This document shows, piece after piece, positions 10,201 to 16,909 of a stretch of 64,000 nucleotides of DNA; position 1 is the stretch's first letter; each line of letters starts with the position of its first letter. The notes below the pieces were generated by a model, which had not been told where the DNA came from, did not search any database, and worked only from the letters and a program-made list of their open reading frames with translations. Origin of the DNA: an uncultured delta proteobacterium (GTDB lineage: Bacteria > Chloroflexota > Dehalococcoidia > Dehalococcoidales > BS750m-G39); contig CAVTZP010000007.1 of the NCBI GenBank assembly GCA_963739245.1, positions 26,927 to 90,926 on the forward strand, given 5' to 3'. Both the position numbers and the translations under genes were made by a program.

Positions 10201-10588
10201 GATAGGCAACACGCCTTATCGCGGCGCTAACCAGAGCCTTGGCTTTCTCGGTGGCAGCAGCACGGTCTTCGGTTATCCACGAGCAATGCTCCCTGATATT
10301 AGCCATCTCAAAGAGGTAGGGGTTTAATCCTGATTCCTGGCAGACCCGGCGGTAGGTTCGCTCATGCAGCGTTGGGGAACAGGAAGCTACCACCACCCGA
10401 TTAATCCCCAGCTCCTTAATATCCTGTCGGATAAGCTCCTGCCCTGGGTCAGAACACATATACATATAGCGGCGAGCAATAGCTACAAAAGGCAATTCCC
10501 GGGCAAATTCAGTAACCGCTTCCACATCCACCGTGCCCGCGATATTGGTCCCACAATGACAGACATAAACACCGATTTTGGGCTCCAC
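7247..10588 (-). CDS. hdrA: HdrA-like flavoprotein with a nested GltD/NfnB-like NAD(P)H-binding module
   Basis: 1113 aa, GTG start preceded by GGAGGA. It has an HdrA N-terminal Cys domain (VYVCHCGTNIAG), the FAD motif VVGGGIAGIQAA, and a C-terminal 2x[4Fe-4S] domain. Residues ~288-690 are a complete glutamate-synthase-small-subunit-like module (GRVCTHPCELEC, IIGSGPAGLACAY, VIGGGNAAVDAA, FAGGDVV). Confidence 0.85.
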   Translation of the reverse strand: MEPKIGVYVCHCGTNIAGTVDVEAVTEFARELPFVAIARRYMYMCSDPGQELIRQDIKELGINRVVVASCSPTLHERTYRRVCQESGLNPYLFEMANIREHCSWITEDRAAATEKAKALVSAAIRRVAYQEPLEPKRVPVNPNTLVVGGGIAGIQAALEIADSRHKVYLVERTPSIGGHMAQLDKTFPTLDCSACILTPKMSLAGAHPYVELMSYSQVVDVSGYVGNFKVKIKKKARYVDIDKCTGCGECANSCPVTVPNEFDLGLGQRKAIYRPFPQAVPNAFTVDKRGYPPCRSACPAGVNAQGYVALISQGKFKEALEVLRRTMPFAGVCGRVCTHPCELECERGKVDEPVSIRALKRFMADYELKVGRKKATPIERTKEDRVAIIGSGPAGLACAYDLIRQGYPVTVFEAAPASGGLLRYGIPEHRLPKKVVANEISYIEELGVEIKTNAPMKNLEDIFSQGYEAIFLASGAGESLKMGIPNEDAKGVIHALDFLKQVSLGIKVDLGERVVVIGGGNAAVDAARVAHRLGAKEVSLVYRRSRAEMPAVSTEMDEVEREGINLHLLTAPVRVLAKDERVTGIQCIRMELGEPDASGRRRPMPIKGSEFNMDVDSVIVAIGQAMDKAALPKELEYTGWGTLAVDQVTLQTNIEGVFAGGDVVSGPDDVIAAIAAGKEAAISIDRHLRGVDLKAGRPAPITRVKEVSKQGVVARARHTMPTLDPKRREGFAEVELGFDEKTAIDEAKRCLNCGVCSECMECVKICQAGAINQEMREELVEVEVGNIILATGYDAFDPTPLYYYGYGRLDNVITAFEFERLINASGPTSGEVKLKDGSHPKTVGVIHCVGSRDKKYHEYCSQVCCMYSMKFGHLIREHVPGAQVYEFYIDLRCVGKAFEEFYNRVLDEGTIFVRGRPAEVTNITESPEEQGKLIIVVEDTLIGRQRRVPVDMVVLSTALQPRADADEMARLFSLSRSADGFFLEKHPKLDPVATMSDGIFVVGCCQSPKDIPQSVVQASAAAARALATITAGEIEIEATTAVVDEEFCSGCKTCSALCPFHAISFDEEKRVSRVNETLCKGCGVCVAACPSGAIAGRHFTTRELMAEIEGVLV

Positions 10589-10646
10589 TTTGTCCTCCTA
10601 TGTCCGGCGCAGAATATACCAAAGGGTCTAGTTATTAAACCAAATT

Positions 10647-10675
10647 ATCTTAGCATAGGCGAATAGCAGGGTCAA
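10647..10675 (-). promoter_or_regulatory. candidate sigma-70 promoter for hdrACB
   Basis: Minus strand reads TTGACC, 17 nt, TAAGAT. It lies about 60 nt upstream of the hdrA GTG. Confidence 0.5.
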
Positions 10676-10707
10676 GACACTACCACTGCCAGAATTTGAT
10701 AAATTTA

Positions 10708-10736
10708 TTGACATTCCTATAGCGCTGTAGTAAAAT
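10708..10736 (+). promoter_or_regulatory. candidate sigma-70 promoter for the sigma-54-like/kinase/activator operon
   Basis: Consensus -35 TTGACA, exactly 17 nt, then -10 TAAAAT. It lies 22 nt upstream of the ATG at 10759 and is divergent from the hdrA promoter. Confidence 0.6.
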
Positions 10737-10758
10737 TTTTATACAGGTTAGGCAGCCA

Positions 10759-11817
10759 ATGGAGCAAAAGCAGTCCCCGCAGATGAGGCAGGAGCTAAGG
10801 CAAGTCCTCAGAATGGAGCAGGCAACCCTGCTGGAGATGCCTGAGGAGGAGTTCCAAAAGCTCATTGTCGAGATAGAGAGAAATCCCATCTTTCAAAGGC
10901 TGTACCAGAGGGAGGAGGTAATCCGCCGCCAGAGATTCCCCAGGACTGATATTTCCTCCAACTTCTATCAAATTAAACCGGAGCTAGTAGCTGATATCGG
11001 CTCACTTGATGTCGAATCTCTTCTGCTCAACAAGAAGCACATTGCCCATCAGATACAGAAACTGGGAATAGAAAAATTCAAGCGGTATTTCCTATTTCCT
11101 GAATCAGGGATGAGCGCAGAAGAAATCGCCGGGGAATGCAACCTGGCTGTTTCCGAGATGCAAAAGATTAATCGCCTCATTGATGAGTTCTCCATCTTGA
11201 GCGAGTTCTATCACCCTTCAGCTCTCAGCTCTGGAGGGGTGTATTATAGCAAGATTGCCTCAGTGGAGAAGAACCGGGAGGGCTTTATCATTGGCTACTT
11301 TTCACCCTCCCTCGCCCGGGGGAGGTATTCCATTGATTATGAAAGGTTTGAGCAATTAAAGGATACCCTAACCGCGGTTGAGATTAAGCAAATCAGGCAG
11401 TTATTAAAGAAGGTGGAGCTCGTCAATACCCGCAAGGATACCCTAACCCAGATACTGCAAGCCGTTGTTGAACGCCAAGCACTTTATCTGGAGTCTGGCG
11501 ATTTGAAGGCGCTCCTACCCTTCAACCAGAAGGAACTGGCCAGAAAGATCGGGCTTGCCCCCAGTTCAGTAAGTCGCGCCATCAGGGGCAAAAGCATTGA
11601 CACGCCGTGGGGTGAAGAAGTCCCGCTTAAGCACTTTTTCCCCAGACCGAAGAGTTTTAAGAAGGAGCTTTTAAGACAGCTTCTTGAAGCCGACAGGGAG
11701 CTTCCCTCCGATGAGGCAATCAAGGCAAGGCTACAGGATAAATTCGGTGTTGCTATCTCCCGGCGCTCGGTAGCCAACCTGAGGAAGGAACTAAAAATCT
11801 CACCAAGAAGGAGCTGA
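10759..11817 (+). CDS. rpoN: short sigma-54 (RpoN) family protein
   Basis: 352 aa. The N-terminus is region-I-like (LRQVLRMEQATLLEMPEEEFQKLIVEIERNPIF). The C-terminus has the sigma-54 DNA-binding HTH (SSVSRAIRGKSIDTPWGEEVPLKHFF) and an RpoN-box-like ISRRSVANLRKEL. Confidence 0.75.
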   Translation: MEQKQSPQMRQELRQVLRMEQATLLEMPEEEFQKLIVEIERNPIFQRLYQREEVIRRQRFPRTDISSNFYQIKPELVADIGSLDVESLLLNKKHIAHQIQKLGIEKFKRYFLFPESGMSAEEIAGECNLAVSEMQKINRLIDEFSILSEFYHPSALSSGGVYYSKIASVEKNREGFIIGYFSPSLARGRYSIDYERFEQLKDTLTAVEIKQIRQLLKKVELVNTRKDTLTQILQAVVERQALYLESGDLKALLPFNQKELARKIGLAPSSVSRAIRGKSIDTPWGEEVPLKHFFPRPKSFKKELLRQLLEADRELPSDEAIKARLQDKFGVAISRRSVANLRKELKISPRRS

Positions 11818-11818
11818 A

Positions 11819-13759
11819 ATGAGCATAGTTTATACTGACCGAGAAAAATGTAAGGGGTGCTATGCCTGCATCCGCATTTGTCCATGTAAGGCAATCAAGG
11901 TGGAGGAGGGCTTGGCCCAGGTGATAAAGGAACGCTGTATCGCCTGTGGCACCTGCCTTCAGGTCTGCGCTCCAAAGGCAAAGCAGGTGGAGAGCGACAT
12001 CGGGACAGTCTGGCAATTACTGACACAATATCCTAATGTAATCGCCGTCCTCTCCTCATCATTCCCCGCCGCCCTGCTCAAATGCAGCGCCGGACAGCTG
12101 GTAGCTGCCCTGAAAAAACTAGGGTTTAGCGAGGTTATGGAAGACTCCTTCGGTGCTGAGCTTGTTGCCAGGGAATATGCCCGGCTCATAAGTAAAGACA
12201 AAGGTAAGCCCCTTCTCTCCTCTAACTGCTCGGCAGTGGTAACCTACATTGAGAAATATCATCCTCAGCTAGTTGGCAACCTGGCGCCCATTGTTTCGCC
12301 AATGATTGCCACGGGCAGGATAATCAAATCGCAGTATAATCCCCAGGCTAAGGTAGTCTTCATTGGTCCCTGCGTAGCCAAGAAGGCAGAGAGCCGGGAT
12401 GAGAAAGTGGCCGGAGCCGTAGACGCCGTCCTGACCTTTGCCGAGCTGAAGGAGATGTTTGCCGCCAAAGGGGTTACCCCTGAAACCGAGGGAAGGGAAC
12501 CATTCTCCGGTCCCACACCCGGCATTGGTCGTCTCTTCCCATTGTCAAAAGGGCTATTCAGGGTGGCTAGACTACCCGAAGATATTGTTAAAAATGACAC
12601 GATAAACGCCCATGGGAAAGACTACGTGATTAGAATCCTTCGGGAATTCGCTGAGGGAGAAATCACCGCCAGACTTATTAACCTACATTTCTGCCATGGC
12701 TGCATTGATGGACCGGTTATTGATAATGAGCTGAGCGGCTTCAGGCGGAAGGAGCTTGTCGCCAGCTATGCTCGCAGCGAGATGAACCCGGACCAAACCG
12801 AGAAGGATATCAAGGAGTACTCCGGCACTGACCTTAAGCGCAAGTTTACCGCCCGAGGTGTGGGACTGGCAACGCCGAGTGAGGAAGAGGTCCAAAGCAT
12901 CTTAAAGAAGATTGGCAAGGAAGAGCCAAACCAGATAGACTGCGGCGCCTGCGGGTATAGCACCTGTCGGGAGCTGGCAATCTCTGTTTGCCAGGGCTTA
13001 GCTGAGGTTGAGATGTGCTGGCCATATGTGCTTCAGACGTTAAGGTCTACCCAAGAAGGCCTGATCCAAGCCGAGAAGCTGACCTCTTTGGGTCAGCTGG
13101 CAGCCTCCGTTGCCCACGAGATTAACAATCCTCTGGCCGGTGTCCTCGTCTATACCCAGTTACTAGCCAAGAAGATAAATAGCGACACATTCAGCAAAGA
13201 AAGTGCCACCGAATATCTGTCAAAGATGGAGACTGAGCTCATCCGCAGCAGCCGGCTAATCCGAAACCTTCTGGACTTTGCCCGGCAATCACCACCGAGG
13301 TTCTGGGAGGTGGACATTAACGAGGTCATTAACCGAAGTTTTGAACTTGCGGCTCACTCTGCACAACTACAGCACGTTCAGGTATTAAAAGAGCTTGACC
13401 CGGCACTGCCAAGGATTTCAGCTGATTTTGACCAGCTTCAGCAGGTTTGCACCAACCTTATTATGAATGCCATTCAGGCAATGCCAAATGGAGGTACGCT
13501 GACCATACGCACCTCGGCTGATAACACTCAGGTCAAGATAGAGGTTCAGGACACTGGTGTTGGCATTTCTCCGGAGAACATGCGCAAGCTGTTTACCCCC
13601 TTCTTCACCACCAAGCGGGAGGTGAAAGGGGTGGGGCTGGGCCTGGCGGTGTCCTATGGAATTGTCCAGCGACATCGGGGAAGGATTGAAGTGCAAAGTA
13701 AAGAGGGAGAGGGTACCACCTTTAACGTCTATTTACCACGGCACCATGAAGAAAGCTAA
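11819..13759 (+). CDS. soluble [FeFe]-hydrogenase-like sensor histidine kinase
   Basis: 646 aa, no TM segments. In order: 2x[4Fe-4S] ferredoxin motifs (CKGCYACIRICP, CIACGTCLQVCAP); H-cluster-domain-like motifs SSNCSA, GPCVAKKAE and FCHGCIDGP; a 4-Cys motif DCGACGYSTCRELAISVC; then HisKA (SVAHEINNPL) and HATPase_c (DTGVGI, GVGLGLAV). Confidence 0.8.
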   Translation: MSIVYTDREKCKGCYACIRICPCKAIKVEEGLAQVIKERCIACGTCLQVCAPKAKQVESDIGTVWQLLTQYPNVIAVLSSSFPAALLKCSAGQLVAALKKLGFSEVMEDSFGAELVAREYARLISKDKGKPLLSSNCSAVVTYIEKYHPQLVGNLAPIVSPMIATGRIIKSQYNPQAKVVFIGPCVAKKAESRDEKVAGAVDAVLTFAELKEMFAAKGVTPETEGREPFSGPTPGIGRLFPLSKGLFRVARLPEDIVKNDTINAHGKDYVIRILREFAEGEITARLINLHFCHGCIDGPVIDNELSGFRRKELVASYARSEMNPDQTEKDIKEYSGTDLKRKFTARGVGLATPSEEEVQSILKKIGKEEPNQIDCGACGYSTCRELAISVCQGLAEVEMCWPYVLQTLRSTQEGLIQAEKLTSLGQLAASVAHEINNPLAGVLVYTQLLAKKINSDTFSKESATEYLSKMETELIRSSRLIRNLLDFARQSPPRFWEVDINEVINRSFELAAHSAQLQHVQVLKELDPALPRISADFDQLQQVCTNLIMNAIQAMPNGGTLTIRTSADNTQVKIEVQDTGVGISPENMRKLFTPFFTTKREVKGVGLGLAVSYGIVQRHRGRIEVQSKEGEGTTFNVYLPRHHEES

Positions 13760-15107
13760 GGTTCTCGTTGTTGATGATGAAGCCATTATCCGCCAGTCAC
13801 TTCATGACTGGCTAAGCGACGCCGGTTACAAGGTGCTCACTGCGGAAAATGGACCAAAAGCCCTGGAGACTATTCAAAGGGAAGGTCCGAGGATTGTTAT
13901 TACTGATTTAGTCATGCCGGGGATGGATGGAATCGAGCTAATGAAGCGAGCCAAGGAGATATCCCCTGACATTGAAGTTATCGTCATTACCGCTTATGGA
14001 AGCATCCCTACCGCTATCAGCGCAATGAGAGAAGGAGCCTATGACTATATTGAGAAGCCATTCTGCCCAGAAAGGACTGAAATATTGATTGAAAAACTGG
14101 TGGAGCACCAAGGACTAATTGAGGAAAACCTTTCCCTGCACCAGAAATTGGAAGAGCGTTACCGATTTGAAAATATCATCGCCAAGAGTCCCAGAATGCA
14201 ACAGGTGATTGAGGTAATTAAGGTTGTAGCTAAGAGCAATGCTACTGTACTAATTACCGGCGAGACCGGCACCGGGAAGGAGCTGGTAGCACGGGCTATC
14301 CACTCCCAGAGCTACCGTTGTGGCAAGCCCTTTATTGCTGTCAGTTGTGCCGCCCTGCCTGAGACTCTCCTTGAGAGCGAGCTATTCGGTCATGAGAAGG
14401 GAGCTTTTACCGGGGCTTATGCTCAAAAGAAAGGGAAGTTTGAAATCGCCAGCCGGGGAACCCTGTTTCTAGACGAAATTGGCGAGATGAGCACTAATAT
14501 CCAGGTTCACCTGCTGAGGGTCCTGGAGGAGAAGGAATTCACCAGGGTTGGGGGCAATGAGCCAATTAAGGTTGACGTGCGGGTTATTTCCGCCACCAAT
14601 AGAGCCACGAAGGAGGCAATAGCCGAGGGGCGATTTCGGGAAGACCTCTATTATCGGTTAAACGTGGTCAACATTGAATTGCCTCCGTTAAGAGAGAGGA
14701 AGGAAGACATTCCCCTTTTAGCTCAGCATTTTTTGAAGGAGTTCGCCCTGGAGAATAATAAAGAAGTTAGCGGGTTTTCCTCCGAGGCTACCGATTTTCT
14801 ATTGAGATACGATTGGCCGGGTAATGTCAGGGAACTGGAAAATGCTATTGAACGAGCAGTCATACTTGCCCAAAAACCCCTAATTGAGCTTGATGACTTG
14901 CCTCAACAAACCTTGGTAGCCCCCTCAATCTCAGCGGAGAAAAACCTTAGGCAGGTGGAGAAAAACCATATTTTGAATGTCCTGGCTCAGACCAAGGGGA
15001 ATTATACCGAGGCAGCCAGAGTCCTGGGCATCTCAAGAATGACCCTCTATAATAAAGCCAGGGCATACGGAATAAATGTAAAGAAAGTAGACAAAGCCGA
15101 TAGTTAA
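13746..15107 (+). CDS. sigma-54-dependent response regulator (NtrC family bEBP: REC-AAA+-Fis HTH)
   Basis: Preferred start is MKKAKVLVVDDE at 13746, a 14-nt overlap with the kinase; the track start at 13656 is less likely. It has a receiver Asp (ITDLVMPG), Walker A GETGTGKE, the sigma-54 contact loop GAFTGA, and a C-terminal HTH (AARVLGISRMTLYNK). Confidence 0.9.
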   Translation: MKKAKVLVVDDEAIIRQSLHDWLSDAGYKVLTAENGPKALETIQREGPRIVITDLVMPGMDGIELMKRAKEISPDIEVIVITAYGSIPTAISAMREGAYDYIEKPFCPERTEILIEKLVEHQGLIEENLSLHQKLEERYRFENIIAKSPRMQQVIEVIKVVAKSNATVLITGETGTGKELVARAIHSQSYRCGKPFIAVSCAALPETLLESELFGHEKGAFTGAYAQKKGKFEIASRGTLFLDEIGEMSTNIQVHLLRVLEEKEFTRVGGNEPIKVDVRVISATNRATKEAIAEGRFREDLYYRLNVVNIELPPLRERKEDIPLLAQHFLKEFALENNKEVSGFSSEATDFLLRYDWPGNVRELENAIERAVILAQKPLIELDDLPQQTLVAPSISAEKNLRQVEKNHILNVLAQTKGNYTEAARVLGISRMTLYNKARAYGINVKKVDKADS

Positions 15108-15142
15108 GCCTTCAGCTTAAAATAGAGACGAGGCTATTGTTT

Positions 15143-15158
15143 TGGCAAGAAAATTGCA
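15143..15158 (+). promoter_or_regulatory. sigma-54 (-24/-12) promoter
   Basis: TGGCAA-GAAAA-TTGCA compared with the consensus TGGCAC-N5-TTGCW: exact spacing and one mismatch. It lies 53 nt upstream of the ATG at 15211, in the only sizeable intergenic gap of the locus. Confidence 0.75.
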
Positions 15159-15210
15159 TCTACTAAAAGTGGGAATAGGAATAGAAAGGCGGGTAACTGG
15201 AGGTAAATAG

Positions 15211-16206
15211 ATGAAACCAATACTGGTAGTAGAAGATGAAAGCATTGTGAGAGAGTCGCTCCGAGACTGGCTTACCGACGAAGGCTATCCGGTAGAGACA
15301 GTGGAGCACGGTGAAGAGGCGTTAAAGGTAATCGGGGAGCAGGACTTCAGCCTCCTCATCCTTGACATGAGGCTGCCGGGGAAAAGCGGGCTTGAGGTAC
15401 TAAGGGAAGCCAAGGCACAAAGACCAAAAATCAACAGTATCATCATTACCGCCTACCCGTCAGTAGAGACCGTAGTGGAGGCAATGAAGTTAGGCGCCGT
15501 TGACTATCTAACCAAGCCGCTTAGCCTTGACACCCTGGAAAAGCTGATTCAGCAGACCCTGGGACCAGTTCAACTGGAGATAAAGCCAAAGGCGGCACTC
15601 AAAGAAGCTACAGTTCAGCCTGCAGAAAAGGCAAAGGTTGAAGAAATCATAGCTATTGCCCCGGAGGAAATCCCGCTTCACATTAAACAGGGAAAGGAAT
15701 ACTTTGACACCGGTCGCTACGCTGAGGCGCTAAGGGAATTTGAGTCTATCCTCGCTATTGCCCCGGCCAACATTGAGACCCGGGTCTGGATTAGAAAGAC
15801 AAAGCAAACCCTGGCCGAGCCAAGGATTGAGGGAGTTGTTGTTGTAGAGGCCAAGCCCAAGGAGTGCCTCTGGATGAAGATGGGGCTGGTGTCTTATCGC
15901 ATCTGCACCCGGGATTATGACTGTCTCACCTGCGAGTTTGACCAGACGATGCAGGAGAAAATGGCGGCGGGGGAAACCCCCGAGCTTGACAAGGCATTGG
16001 CGCGATTCAGGGAGCTGCCAGGTAGTCAGCGGCTTTGCCGCTATGCCATCAAGGGCGATGTCTCCCACCGTATCTGCTCTCGCCTCTTCCAGTGCACCGT
16101 CTGCGAGTTCGGGCAGATGATGGAGGACGCCACCCAGCAAAAGCTAGCCAAGCTACAAGCACGACGGGAGGCGCTACTCAAAAAGGAGCAAAAAGCTAAA
16201 GCCTAA
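15211..16206 (+). CDS. response-regulator receiver protein with a TPR-like linker and duplicated Cys-rich C-terminal module
   Basis: 331 aa. REC domain (LVVEDESIVRESLRDWLTDEGY, LILDMRLPG), a TPR-like segment (GRYAEALREFESILAIAPAN), then VSYRICTRDYDCLTCEF ... LPGSQRLCRYA ... VSHRICSRLFQCTVCEF. Confidence 0.7.
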   Translation: MKPILVVEDESIVRESLRDWLTDEGYPVETVEHGEEALKVIGEQDFSLLILDMRLPGKSGLEVLREAKAQRPKINSIIITAYPSVETVVEAMKLGAVDYLTKPLSLDTLEKLIQQTLGPVQLEIKPKAALKEATVQPAEKAKVEEIIAIAPEEIPLHIKQGKEYFDTGRYAEALREFESILAIAPANIETRVWIRKTKQTLAEPRIEGVVVVEAKPKECLWMKMGLVSYRICTRDYDCLTCEFDQTMQEKMAAGETPELDKALARFRELPGSQRLCRYAIKGDVSHRICSRLFQCTVCEFGQMMEDATQQKLAKLQARREALLKKEQKAKA

Positions 16207-16235
16207 TCAGAACCTCCAGACTAGTGGTATTTAAT

Positions 16236-16271
16236 CAAAGGGTATGCTAAACTACAGCAGCATACCCTTTG
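16236..16271 (+). other. perfect 13-bp stem / 10-nt loop hairpin between the two receiver genes
   Basis: CAAAGGGTATGCT (16236-16248) pairs perfectly with AGCATACCCTTTG (16259-16271). No U-tract follows, and the next ATG is 21 nt downstream. Confidence 0.6.
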
Positions 16272-16291
16272 GCATGAGAAGGAGAAAACCA

Positions 16292-16909
16292 ATGGAAGCC
16301 AAGAAGAGAAAGATTCTGCTCGTAGAAGATGAGACCGTGCTGAGAGAAGCTCTGCGGGACTGGCTTACCGAGGATGGATATGATGTTGAGTGCGTTGACA
16401 GTGGCGAGAAAGCCCTGGACAGGGTCAAGAAGGAACAGTTTGGCGTCATAGTTCTTGACCTGAGGTTGCCGGGCATTGATGGCTTACAAGTTTTTGAGCA
16501 TGCCAAAGAACTCAAGTCAGAAACCAAGGGGATAATCATTACCGCCTACCCGTCAAAAGAGACCCTGGAAAAGGCGAAAAGGCTGGGGCTCCTTGACTAT
16601 TTAGTCAAGCCGTTCAAGCTTGAGGAGCTGGAGAAGTTAGTCAGAGGAGCACTGGGAGAGATCGAGGAAAAAAAATTAGGCAAGGAACACCTATGGTTAG
16701 AGCTCGGTGCTGTTTCCTATCGCCTCTGCGATCGCAACTATGAATGTGGGCACTGCGCCTTCGCCCAAGACATACAAGATAGGTTTGGCACGATAGCCGT
16801 CGTTGGCGAGGATGAGGTAAAAAGATTTAAACAGCTGCCCGGCAGTCAAAGACTGTGCCGGTATGCATCGGCACATTTTGTTAAGAAGGAAAAGGCAGGC
16901 TTAGATTAA
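16292..16909 (+). CDS. response-regulator receiver protein with Cys-rich C-terminal module (paralog of 15211..16206)
   Basis: Preferred start is MEAKKRKILLVEDE at 16292, with GGAG 8 nt upstream; the track start at 16244 lies inside the hairpin. REC domain (LREALRDWLTEDGY, VLDLRLPG), then VSYRLCDRNYECGHCAF ... LPGSQRLCRYA. Confidence 0.7.
   Translation: MEAKKRKILLVEDETVLREALRDWLTEDGYDVECVDSGEKALDRVKKEQFGVIVLDLRLPGIDGLQVFEHAKELKSETKGIIITAYPSKETLEKAKRLGLLDYLVKPFKLEELEKLVRGALGEIEEKKLGKEHLWLELGAVSYRLCDRNYECGHCAFAQDIQDRFGTIAVVGEDEVKRFKQLPGSQRLCRYASAHFVKKEKAGLD

Noticed and set aside
10676-10691. Possible sigma-54 promoter upstream of hdrA; the minus strand reads TGGCAGTGGTAGTGTC.
   Set aside because: The -24 half is good, but the -12 position reads GT instead of the essential GC. 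A well-spaced sigma-70 pair (TTGACC-17-TAAGAT) overlaps it. There is therefore no sequence-level support for direct sigma-54 control of hdr.
16244-16291. The track's start at 16244 for the second receiver protein (MLNYSSIPFGMRRRKP...).
   Set aside because: The extension lies inside the 13-bp hairpin and has no RBS. The ATG at 16292 has GGAG upstream and aligns with the N-termini of the two paralogous REC domains.
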